From Ferruginibacter sp. (lineage in GTDB: Bacteria; Bacteroidota; Bacteroidia; Chitinophagales; Chitinophagaceae), in the NCBI GenBank assembly GCA_040007015.1, contig JBDTVX010000001.1, positions 1 through 55,699 on the forward strand: a DNA stretch of 55,699 nucleotides, in the 5' to 3' direction. Both the position numbers and the translations under genes were made by a program. Below, in pieces: positions 9,274 through 19,800 of this stretch (position 1 is the first letter of the stretch; the number at the start of each line of letters is the position of its first letter). A model generated the notes under the pieces. The model searched no databases. It saw only the letters and a program-made list of their open reading frames with translations, and was not told where the DNA came from.

Positions 9274-9622
9274 ACGGGTGGCTTTGAGAGGCTTTAATCA
9301 AAGCACGTGCCGAATCGAAAATATATTCATTATCTGCATAAATAATATTCCTTCGATGCCTTGTTCCTGTTTACATCGCATCATAAAACCAGGTAATAAT
9401 TCATTTTTGAATCACCGTTAAAGAACTTGTATAGGCCGTTGCTGCCTCTTATTTTAAATGGTCAGGTAGCGTAAATTACGAATCTGTAAAGGATTGGCCA
9501 CTAAAAAAGTTTTACATTAAGCGATATAACCATTAGTATCCCGGAAGTATGCATATATAAGTGAATTTTTATGATTTTATGTATATATTGGTGCCGATAG
9601 TATGAAATATAGCACCTGATTT

Positions 9623-10867
9623 ATGAAAGAAAAATTTTACGATGTAATAATTATTGGCGGCGGGCCCTCAGGGGCTACCTGTGGAATTTTTTTAAAAAAG
9701 CTGGATCCGTCCTTGCGCGTTTGTATAATCGATAAAGAAAGCTTTCCCAGGAAAAAGCCTTGTGGAGACGGCTTAAGTCCGGGTGTTGTGGATATTATTA
9801 ACGAGGCTGGGTTCGGTGAGTTTTTTTTTGAAAGGTTTCCTATTAGCAATTTTGAGCTTTCCTGTGGAAATTCAATTGATATAAAATATGATTTGCGTAA
9901 TCTTTTTGAAAGCAATTCGTATGGATTTGTTTACCAGCGGGAACTATTTGATGAAAAATTAATTGATTGTGCGGTTAAAGCTGGAGTTGATTTTTTTCAA
10001 AAGCATAACATTGCTGAAATCAGGGAAATTGAGCCATGGCGTACCCAGGTAAGTTGCCGGTATGATCGGGACAATTTTCAATTTATTGGGAAAATAATTG
10101 TAGGCGCTGATGGGGCCAATAGCAAAATCCGTAGCTATTTAAAAATACCCTCCAATGATGACAGGCACATGGGTATTGGCCTTAAATATTACTGCAGTTA
10201 CAAAGGGTCGGATGAAATGTCGCTCAGGATTGATATACTTAAAAGCCTGAAGTCTTCTTACGGCTGGTTTTTTCCTTTTTCAAAAGATTTAGCAAATATC
10301 GGGATTGGGGTTAATGTAGACGTTTATAAAAAGTATAAGATCAATTTAAATAAGGAGTTTGATAATTACCTGCTATTCCTGAAAGATAAAATGCAATTAG
10401 AGCTGATACCGGGATCAAGAGGAGGTTATCCCCTGCCTTATGGAAGTCAAATGCCTAAACTGGTTCATGGGAATAAAGTATTAATTGGAGATGCCGCCTC
10501 AATGATCAATCCACTAACAGGAGAAGGAATTTATTATGGGATGTATGCGGGGAAAGCACTGGCTGCTAATATTGCCGGTAGCTTTGGTTCCGGAGATGAG
10601 CTGGGTACAGCCTTGCAAAAGTTTTCTGTTGATTTTCAAAATCGATTTCAAAATCATTATAAATTGAATTTAAGGATTAAGAACCTCCTGTCATCTCCGT
10701 TTTCAGGAATACTTTTGAAAGCTTTGGCAAAAGATAAGGTTTTGTTAGGCAAGGTAATGGGTATTATGCTGGGGAATTCAAACAGCTTTAATGTTGAAAA
10801 TTTTAGTTTGAAAGTAATTAAAAAATCTACAAAATATATTTATGAGCAATTTAAAAGTCATATATAA
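9623..10867 (+). CDS. Geranylgeranyl reductase-family FAD-dependent oxidoreductase
   Basis: DVIIIGGGPSG, FPRKKPCGDGL, GADGANS, YGWFFP, ANIGIG, LIGDAASMINPLTGEGIYYG. Confidence 0.88.
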   Translation: MKEKFYDVIIIGGGPSGATCGIFLKKLDPSLRVCIIDKESFPRKKPCGDGLSPGVVDIINEAGFGEFFFERFPISNFELSCGNSIDIKYDLRNLFESNSYGFVYQRELFDEKLIDCAVKAGVDFFQKHNIAEIREIEPWRTQVSCRYDRDNFQFIGKIIVGADGANSKIRSYLKIPSNDDRHMGIGLKYYCSYKGSDEMSLRIDILKSLKSSYGWFFPFSKDLANIGIGVNVDVYKKYKINLNKEFDNYLLFLKDKMQLELIPGSRGGYPLPYGSQMPKLVHGNKVLIGDAASMINPLTGEGIYYGMYAGKALAANIAGSFGSGDELGTALQKFSVDFQNRFQNHYKLNLRIKNLLSSPFSGILLKALAKDKVLLGKVMGIMLGNSNSFNVENFSLKVIKKSTKYIYEQFKSHI

Positions 10868-11239
10868 TGAATCAATATGTACCCCGGATAAACAGCTAAA
10901 ACTAAACGTAAAAATTTCTTTAAGATTTCGAATACCCCTGCCTTTAATCTTTATCCCAACACCCGAAGGCTACAGGTTTTAATGGGGGAAGTGCTACTTT
11001 TTTTTCACGTACAAAGATTAACCTGCTTTATAAAAAACTATTGGCAGCGGGGCTGGTTTTAAACCGGATGGTCAGCGACCTGGAAAATTCCCCGATAGTA
11101 ACTTCGCCTTTAATTTGTATCATTATTTTGTGTATGCGCTGCTATTGTAAAAAAGAAAACCAGCGGAGTAAAAAATGAAAATTTTTTAAAAGCGCATGCG
11201 TGCATAATTAATATTTACCTCATAATTTTACCGTGTATC

Positions 11240-11376
11240 CCTGAGTTGATGCAGAATAAAAAATATTTGATGTATATCCTGCAACGGTGGTAGTTGCGAC
11301 ATTCTAAAAAGCGGGGAGCAGGCACAGCATAGAAGATTGAAATATTATCCTCCCTGGATGTTTTTGCAGGTTCAGG
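11240..11376 (+). ncRNA. Candidate structured small RNA (long rod-like hairpin)
   Basis: Ends pair over about 15 bp with G-U pairs (CCTGAGTT-ga-TGCAGAA / TTTTGCA-GGTTCAGG); inner AATATTT/AAATATT and CCTGC/GCAGG helices; TAATTTTA -7-like box at 11223-11230; T run downstream. Folded by eye only. Confidence 0.3.
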
Positions 11377-11716
11377 CTTTTAATATTTAAATAAAAAACC
11401 GGGAAAGCTCAAAATAGTTACCGGGAAATAGTCCAGATAAATTATAATGCAAATAAGTCGTTAAGGGACTTGCATTTGTCATAATTAGATATTAAGTTAG
11501 TATCAAAATTCATTGCTGTAATCTTTGTTGATCGTTCTTAAAAAGATTTACAGCGATGCCATTTTGCTTTATATCCCGGTATACTTTACAACCTATAAAA
11601 TTAAAACCCAATAGCGGAAACTGAGTGTACCGACGACTTTCATAAAAAAAATGTTGATTAATTATAAAACCGGTAAGCCGAAAACGGAATTTAGAGTAGG
11701 CAAAAAACAAACTATT

Positions 11717-12811
11717 ATGTGTAATTATCATGATCAATTCAATCCTATCCACTGTATTCTGCCTCCTTACATGAGCGATAAATTATCGGATAGCAGCAAT
11801 AAAAAGAGTGCCCAGATAGCTTTAAAAAATTCGGTTGAAAATGTTAAGCTGCGTGCAAAGCGGGAGTTTGTCGGAGGGTTGTCGGCAAGGCAGGCCCTGC
11901 TCCTTCAGCCGGCGGCAGGCGCAAAAAAGAAGGTTGCAAAGCTCAATATGCAGGTTTTAGATTTGAAACATGGAACAAATCCTTCTACAGCGCATTTGGT
12001 ATGGGATAATGGTAAAGCGGTAAAGCCCCTGGATAAAACGGCTAAGAACGTAGTTGCTGCCGGAAGCGCCACCTGGGATACGTACTATACCATTTTTGGT
12101 CGCAATTCGGTTGATAACCTGGGGCTTTTATTAAAACATTATATTCATTATTCTAATAAATATGACAATGCAATGTGGGACGGAAGCGAAATGGTATATG
12201 GAGACGGCGATGGAACTGTTTTTGGTGATTTTACTTCCGATCCTGATATAATAGGTCACGAACTTACGCATGGCGTTACTCAATATGAATCAAACCTGGA
12301 ATATCACGTTCAAAGTGGGGCATTGAATGAATCGCTTTCGGATGTTTTCGGGATAATGGTAAAACAGCGGATGTTGAACCAGGATGTGAAGCAATCCAAT
12401 TGGCTGATAGGCGAAAATGTATTGATTGGCAGTCAGTATGCTTTGCGTAGTATGAAGGCGCCGGGTACCGCTTATGTAAATCATCCTGATTTAGGCAACG
12501 ATCCCCAACCGGCTACAATGGATAAATTCGTTAAATTGCCGGATACCAGCAGGGGCGACTGGGGTGGTGTCCATTATAATTCAGGCATTACCAATTTTGC
12601 TTTTTATGTTACAGCTTTTAATATGGGTGGTTTTGCATGGGAAAAGGCAGGTAAGATCTGGTACAACGCAATGACGGATAATGCCCTTAAACCCGATGCA
12701 AAATTTGCGGATTTCAAAAAGCTTACCATTGCCCATGCTGGTAAATTATTCGGTGCCGGCAGCAAGGAAGAAAAGGCAGTAAAAGATGGATGGAAAGCGG
12801 CTAAAGTATAA
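11717..12811 (+). CDS. Protealysin-like M4 metalloprotease
   Basis: Short propeptide with CILPPYM motif, no signal peptide, NAMWDG, HELTH zinc motif, GALNESLSD, DWGGVHYNSG. Start taken at ATG 11717. Confidence 0.92.
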   Translation: MCNYHDQFNPIHCILPPYMSDKLSDSSNKKSAQIALKNSVENVKLRAKREFVGGLSARQALLLQPAAGAKKKVAKLNMQVLDLKHGTNPSTAHLVWDNGKAVKPLDKTAKNVVAAGSATWDTYYTIFGRNSVDNLGLLLKHYIHYSNKYDNAMWDGSEMVYGDGDGTVFGDFTSDPDIIGHELTHGVTQYESNLEYHVQSGALNESLSDVFGIMVKQRMLNQDVKQSNWLIGENVLIGSQYALRSMKAPGTAYVNHPDLGNDPQPATMDKFVKLPDTSRGDWGGVHYNSGITNFAFYVTAFNMGGFAWEKAGKIWYNAMTDNALKPDAKFADFKKLTIAHAGKLFGAGSKEEKAVKDGWKAAKV

Positions 12812-12815
12812 GATC

Positions 12816-13085
12816 ATGAAAATAAAACTAGTGCAAAGCGGTGGCCTTTTACCAGTAACTAAAGAAGCTGTTACAGAGGTGGATTGGACCAAAGATGAAA
12901 GTGAACACCTCCTTAACCAGATAGCAGTTGACGATAACCAAAAATCATCCATGGTGAGGGATGGCATTGACCACACGATTGAAATTAACAATAAGGAAGT
13001 AGCTGTCAATTTAGAAAAGGCGTCGGGCAAATATGCCGAGGTATTTGACCACCTGAAAAAAAATTTGAAAATAGTAAAAACCTAG
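12816..13085 (+). CDS. Emfourin-like (protealysin inhibitor) protein
   Basis: 89 aa starting 4 nt after the M4 stop; MKIKLVQSGG...RDGIDHTIEI resembles the emfourin SGG / D-x-x-x-Y-x-I pattern; the gene order matches protealysin-emfourin operons. Confidence 0.7.
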   Translation: MKIKLVQSGGLLPVTKEAVTEVDWTKDESEHLLNQIAVDDNQKSSMVRDGIDHTIEINNKEVAVNLEKASGKYAEVFDHLKKNLKIVKT

Positions 13086-13215
13086 GCTGTTCATGTATCT
13101 TTAAAACAGGAAATGGTTATCCGGGAGGCGTTTAAAAGTGTAACTTTCGTTTCCCCTGCTGCAAATTATAGATTAAGAATGTGGCAGATCCGAGGCCACT
13201 CCGACAGCCGCTTTA

Positions 13216-13299
13216 TCAACCACCGACGGGGTTGGGTACCGTCGTCGGGATTGTAACCGCACAACCTCGTCAGCAGTTGTAACCACTGACGGCGGTTGA
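13216..13299. repeat. GC-rich multi-hairpin / degenerate REP cluster
   Basis: TCAACC/GGTTGA encloses CGACGG/CCGTCG, TTGT/ACAA and GTCAG/CTGAC hairpins; TTGTAACC occurs twice. Confidence 0.5.
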
Positions 13300-13726
13300 T
13301 TGGTCTTTTTTGACCAATACGTAATTACGAGACATCCCAAAATCATTTTAATTCAGTTTATTAGAAACTGTTTTAATTTAATTGAAACGTTTTTTGTGTC
13401 GCGTCATCGATGCCATTTTGATCGCGCCGTGTCGGCACCAATATCGACGCCTTGAATACTTCGGCTACGCCCATTACCAATGCTGGTTAACAAAAAAATC
13501 AATTTGATTTCTTAAAATTTTTATTTATTTTACACCTTGCTTCTTTGCATTTTTGAGAAAGTTATAAATACAATATGCAGTAATTGTTGCAGGCACCTTT
13601 CAAAATTGTTTCTTCATTTTGGTGATCTTCAACGGTCTATGAATTCAAAAAAGTATTACCCGGCCTGGAGTTATTTTATAATTGATTATTAGATTATTAT
13701 ATTCCTGTGAAAGGGAATAATAATAG

Positions 13727-14974
<1,248 letters not shown>

Positions 14975-15262
14975 GGAGGTTCACGGACCCGTTTGAATGA
15001 CCGGTGAAATCGTGCCAGGCAGCCATTCAGTTCTATACCTGGAAAGATATTATCAGGTACAGTGCGGGTGTCGGCTTGTAGTAGGAAGTACCCGGAATAA
15101 AGTAATTCTTTTTTCCTGAAGCCATCCTCCTTGTCGCTCGCAAAACAGCTTCCATCGCTGACCAAATGGCTATATATCCATCCCCGCTTCAGAATTATTT
15201 TTTAGTAGTAATGCCATAAAGTGGGTTATCTTTATTTTTTTGTAAAAAAGATAAAGCTCAAC

Positions 15263-16324
15263 ATGCATCATGACTTAATGAAGGTATTGAGGTGCCCGGT
15301 TACCAAAAGCAAACTAACGATCCACATCCTTAAAGAAACCAACGGATCATTTAATGATCAAATTATCCCTGTTATTGAAGAAGGAATATTATTTGCAGAA
15401 CAGGACTGGTTTTACCCGCTAATAAAGGGAATACCAAGATTATGTGTAGAATCATTTTTGGACCACGGAGATTTTTTAAAGAATCATTTACCTGATTATA
15501 CCGCCAGGAAAGAAAAGTTGCTTTTACAGTATGGTGATCTTTTACATTTTGTGCTTAAGAAAAATAAACGTACCAAAAAAAGTTTTACATTGGAGTGGGG
15601 GCTTTATGATTATGAAAAGGACAAAACATGGGACGCAGGGGATGAGGCAATGCTGGATCGCTTTTTAGCAGAAACAGGTGAAAGCATCGCATCGTTAAAA
15701 GACAAATATATTTTCGATGCCGGTTGCGGAAATGGTAAACTAAACTGCTTACTGGCAGGGCAGGGTATTTCTAATATAGCGATGGATTTTAGCAATAGCA
15801 TTGAAATGGCAAACCGATACAACAAGTCGCCCAACTTACATTTTATACAGGGCGATGTACAATTTCCCCCGGTTGCATTTGATTATTTCGACCTTGTGCA
15901 CAGTAGTGGAGTTTTAATTGCCACCAACAATACGGAACTCTCCTTTTCCTGTTTGGTGCCAATGGTTAAAAGCGGGGGAAAATTAAGCGTATGGCTGTAT
16001 CATCCCCGTAAATCTGCATTGCATAATTTGTTTAATTACATTCGCTCCTTCACATCAAAGCTTCCGCTTCGTTTACAATACTATTTATATGCAGTAACCA
16101 TATTTCCCCTAAGCTACTGTATTAAAAAAATAAAAGGAAACCCTCAAAATGCAAGGGAAATGATGGTAGATATCCTGGATTGGTTTACGCCTGAATTTCG
16201 CTGGGAGCACGGGCACTATGAGGCGGCTGCCTGGTTTTACAAGCGCCGGTTTAAAAATGTAAAAGTTACAACAGATTCGATGTTCGGCTTTAATATCATT
16301 GGGGAAAAAACAGGAGCTTTATAA
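15263..16324 (+). CDS. Class I SAM-dependent methyltransferase with N-terminal Trm112-like segment
   Basis: LRCPVTK...YPLIKGIPRL (Trm112-like), FDAGCGNG motif I, MDFS, FIQGDV, FDLVHSSGVL, KSGGKLSVWLY. Confidence 0.85.
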   Translation: MHHDLMKVLRCPVTKSKLTIHILKETNGSFNDQIIPVIEEGILFAEQDWFYPLIKGIPRLCVESFLDHGDFLKNHLPDYTARKEKLLLQYGDLLHFVLKKNKRTKKSFTLEWGLYDYEKDKTWDAGDEAMLDRFLAETGESIASLKDKYIFDAGCGNGKLNCLLAGQGISNIAMDFSNSIEMANRYNKSPNLHFIQGDVQFPPVAFDYFDLVHSSGVLIATNNTELSFSCLVPMVKSGGKLSVWLYHPRKSALHNLFNYIRSFTSKLPLRLQYYLYAVTIFPLSYCIKKIKGNPQNAREMMVDILDWFTPEFRWEHGHYEAAAWFYKRRFKNVKVTTDSMFGFNIIGEKTGAL

Positions 16325-17779
16325 TTCTTCCTTCATTACGGGGAGATCATTATTACCAGGTAGCTTTAAAGATTGTCTGTTGCTTTTAAAATAATATAAG
16401 AGGCCCCCTCCAATGATAAAACCGGTGAATAAGAAAACGGCGGTAAGAGAAGTGAGTTGGGTGAAATACTGTTTGGCGTAATACAAAATGCCAAACAAAC
16501 CGGCAAGGGCAAGCGATAATCTTATCAAAAAATATACCGGTACCAATGCACGGATATTTACCTGCATAACAACAGCTGATTGCCACAGGTAAAAACCCGC
16601 CTGTAGCCATGTAGATACAACAATGGCCAATGCCACGCCACGGGTGCCCATAACTGGGTACAAAATAAACATCAGTAATAATGAAAAGCCAATATCCATC
16701 ATCGCCCCCAGTACGTTTTTTTTTGACTGCCCGTAGCATTGAAGGATAACACCATAATGGGTTATGCGCACGGGTATGATAAATATGCTGATCAAAAAAA
16801 CCGGTATGGATGCATCGTATTTATTTTTAAAAATAATTGCAAATGCTTCCGAATGCATGGTAAGCAAAAAGAAAAATAAAGGGAACGCGATGAGGGATAA
16901 AATTTTAAAGCTTTCCCGGAAAATATTTTTGGCCGCCTGCCGGTTGCCAATATCCGCGGATATATGGGTAAGCATAATATTCTCCATGGTACTGATCAAT
17001 ATGCCAAACAAAGGGATCTCGAAGGCGCCGTTAAAAAATATGGCAAACTCTGCAGGAGCGAGCAGGTAAAATAAAAATATTTTGTCCAGCCATCTTGCGA
17101 TAATGCCCGCCACTTCGTTGACGCCGGTAAAAAGCCAGTTGTTTACAAAATTTACAGGCGGCGTAGTGGCAACAGCGGACGTATTTTTTTTGCCTGCCAC
17201 TAAAATGAATGCCGCTTTTAGCACTGACAAACAAATGACGCAAAAAATTAAATGGTTCAAATTAAAAACCCCATAATAGAAATAGAGATGGATGGAAAAG
17301 AACAGGACGCTATACACAAGATTGAGCCATACATATAACCGTAGCAGGTTATTCCTGATCAATAAGGTATCGGTTAGTGTGCAGCCAATTTGTAAAAGAA
17401 CGAATGCAACTAAAATCAGTTTCGTAACAGCAGTAAAATAATGAGTAGTTAAATAGAAAAAAGTAAAAGTTGCGACGGCTCCAATACTATATAACACAAT
17501 TATTTTTTGCCGGTGCTTTTGAAAAAAGGTAATAAAATAATCAAAGCTGGTGGAAAGTATGACGGAGGATAAACCAAAACTGACGATCACGCTGATGATA
17601 TTATTGTAGATCCACAAGGTTTGAAACTGGCCGTATTCATAGTAGGTGAGTTTACGGGAATACAATATCGTGATGATGATAAGAAACAGTATGGGCAACA
17701 GTTTGCCCATAAAAACAGGCAGTAGTTGATTGCTTATCCGGTTAAAAGTGGAGGTAGTATCAAATGAGGTTACCGTCAA
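16319..17779 (-). CDS. Wzx-like oligosaccharide flippase (MOP superfamily)
   Basis: About 12-14 hydrophobic segments; YSRKLTYYEYGQF, LDKIFL, SLIAFPLFFFL, MGTRGVALA. Start may be ATG near 17710. Confidence 0.82.
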   Translation of the reverse strand: MTVTSFDTTSTFNRISNQLLPVFMGKLLPILFLIIITILYSRKLTYYEYGQFQTLWIYNNIISVIVSFGLSSVILSTSFDYFITFFQKHRQKIIVLYSIGAVATFTFFYLTTHYFTAVTKLILVAFVLLQIGCTLTDTLLIRNNLLRLYVWLNLVYSVLFFSIHLYFYYGVFNLNHLIFCVICLSVLKAAFILVAGKKNTSAVATTPPVNFVNNWLFTGVNEVAGIIARWLDKIFLFYLLAPAEFAIFFNGAFEIPLFGILISTMENIMLTHISADIGNRQAAKNIFRESFKILSLIAFPLFFFLLTMHSEAFAIIFKNKYDASIPVFLISIFIIPVRITHYGVILQCYGQSKKNVLGAMMDIGFSLLLMFILYPVMGTRGVALAIVVSTWLQAGFYLWQSAVVMQVNIRALVPVYFLIRLSLALAGLFGILYYAKQYFTQLTSLTAVFLFTGFIIGGGLLYYFKSNRQSLKLPGNNDLPVMKEEL

Positions 17780-17789
17780 TTAAAATGAT

Positions 17790-18317
17790 TTAAGTATACT
17801 TTGTTTTTTTAAATGTATCACAGGCTGCTTTATCAAGTTGCTTTACAACCACTGCCGGGTTACCTGCAATTACAGCATAGCCTTCCTTAAAAGATCGCGT
17901 GACAATGGCGCCGGCGCCAACGATTGTAAAATCGCCCAGCTCCACACCGGGTAATATGACGGTATTCATACCAATCCAGCAAAACTTACCGATCCGGATA
18001 GGAGGTGCAGGTTCAGATTTTGAATTATCAATTAGATTATGGTTGGCAGAAATGATACCTGCATTGGGACCAATATTGGTATAGTCATCAATAAAAATCC
18101 CATTCGATGCTTCAATAAAATTGCCCGGAGAATCGCCCGGGTACACATTGATGCCCCGGGTAATGTTTTTAGGCGCAATCACTTTACTGGTATGATGTAC
18201 CGCCCAGGGCGTATCGGCATTCAGGTGCATTAATTTCCTGAAGAAAAAGTCGGCCAGGTAAAAATTAAGCCCGACATCCGTTCTTAAACCAAATATTTTC
18301 TGAATCAGTTTTTTCAT
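17790..18317 (-). CDS. Hexapeptide-repeat (LbH) O-acyltransferase
   Basis: IGPNAGIISANH, PIRIGKFCWIGMNTVILPGVELGDFTIVGAGAIVT, VIAGNPA. Confidence 0.9.
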   Translation of the reverse strand: MKKLIQKIFGLRTDVGLNFYLADFFFRKLMHLNADTPWAVHHTSKVIAPKNITRGINVYPGDSPGNFIEASNGIFIDDYTNIGPNAGIISANHNLIDNSKSEPAPPIRIGKFCWIGMNTVILPGVELGDFTIVGAGAIVTRSFKEGYAVIAGNPAVVVKQLDKAACDTFKKTKYT

Positions 18318-18827
18318 CCCGGTGAGATATTTTTTTTAAATCGAAAGATACGCAGTTTAACGGGTGTCATCATAAGATGTAGCTTTATCACCACGGATGA
18401 AAGTAAAATTAAGTATCAATAGTTCAAAATAACAGGCATCTGCAAAAGTAAGTATAGGGAGATAGAGAATGGCCAGGATAAAAGCAACAAGTATTGTTTA
18501 TTACTGAAAAAAGATAGCTAAGACTACGCATTGAATTTTTTATGAAGAACGGAAAAGTACACGGATGAAACAAAAGGATCCGCCAGGGTGAATATGATAG
18601 CAGGAAAAATAAAAGGATCGGAGATGTTGATGGGAAGTGGTAAAAATAATTGATAAGATGTACCAAAGGGTAAGTGGCCCGGAAGGGGTAATTTCCTTAA
18701 AATGATGGGGAAGTAATGGGGAACAATATGAGAATTGTGGCAAATGCGCCCCTTTTTAACAGCGAATGATCTGGCAGGGCAACGTAAAAATACTGGCATG
18801 AAATTGAAACTATAATTAAAAAAATTT

Positions 18828-19301
18828 ATGGAAAAAACATCGGAAACAATCGACATTTTAAATGACCTTATTTTAATTAACAATGACCGTATTGCAGGTT
18901 ATGAAAAAGCAATGGAAGAGTTAAAGTCACAGGATGAAGCGCACCAGGAGAACCTTGATCTTTCCGTATTATTTGAAAAAATGATTGACGATAGCAGGGA
19001 AATGCGCAATACCCTTGGTAAAGAAGTACAGGTATTGGGCGGAGAAATGGCAGAAGGCACCATGAGCAGCGGAAAAATATACCGTGCCTGGATGGACATC
19101 AAAGCGTTATTTACCGGAAAAGACAGGCATACCATACTGGCCAATTGTGAAGAAGGGGAAGATGCTGCCCAGAAAGCTTATAACCAGGCACTGGCAGAGG
19201 AAGACCTTCCGCATTTTCTGCATGACTTGATTCGCGCCCAAAAAGAATTATTAAAAGATTCGCATGACGAAATAAAAGCACTGAGAAATCAGGTTGCTTA
19301 A
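18828..19301 (+). CDS. PA2169/DUF2383-family four-helix-bundle (ferritin-like) protein
   Basis: LNDLILINNDRIAGYEKA, GKIYRAWMDIKA, CEEGEDAAQKAY, HDEIKALR. Confidence 0.9.
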   Translation: MEKTSETIDILNDLILINNDRIAGYEKAMEELKSQDEAHQENLDLSVLFEKMIDDSREMRNTLGKEVQVLGGEMAEGTMSSGKIYRAWMDIKALFTGKDRHTILANCEEGEDAAQKAYNQALAEEDLPHFLHDLIRAQKELLKDSHDEIKALRNQVA

Positions 19302-19309
19302 ATTTCTTG

Positions 19310-19343
19310 TATCCTGTTGCACCACACCCGGGGCAACAGGATA
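19310..19343. terminator. Hairpin between convergent genes (probable bidirectional terminator)
   Basis: 11-bp stem tatcctgttgc / gcaacaggata. Confidence 0.7.
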
Positions 19344-19349
19344 TTTAAA

Positions 19350-19748
19350 TTATCGCAATCCTTCCACACCGGACCTCCATTTTATATCTCCGCCCAGACT
19401 CTCCCGCACCCGGAACAAAGTTATTTTACGGATTAAGGTTAAAGGCAGCGGCTTGAGCAGTGGAAACTGAACTGATCCTTTTGCTGTTTTAAATTTTGAA
19501 AGCGGCTTTGCAAAAGCATCCACTGCGGAAGGGGTAGGATAAAACCCGATATGATGCGCGAACACAGCGAATGTAACCAGTATTCTGTGATACGAGTAAG
19601 CGGGCATGCCCCATTTAAGGCTTTGCAGTGCTCCGGGAGCGGCATCACTGATACATGCATGCATTTGGTACAATATTTCCCTGGCCTCTTCGGGTGCAGC
19701 CTGGATGTATTCTTCAATACTGAGAGGTTTTATTTTCCTGGGGATCAT
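19350..19748 (-). CDS. DUF1801/YdhG-like protein
   Basis: IEEYI...AAPGALQSLKWGMPAY, HHIGFYP, KGSVQFPLLKPLP. Confidence 0.88.
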   Translation of the reverse strand: MIPRKIKPLSIEEYIQAAPEEAREILYQMHACISDAAPGALQSLKWGMPAYSYHRILVTFAVFAHHIGFYPTPSAVDAFAKPLSKFKTAKGSVQFPLLKPLPLTLIRKITLFRVRESLGGDIKWRSGVEGLR

Positions 19749-19800
19749 GGAATTTATTTTATAAGTACGATTGCCAGATATTCCAGGGAGAATATCTAAC

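Noticed and set aside
18330-18800. Purine-skewed 500-bp gap with three overlapping short minus-strand ORFs
   Set aside because: No recognisable motifs, repeats or consistent frame; probably non-coding or a fully decayed gene.
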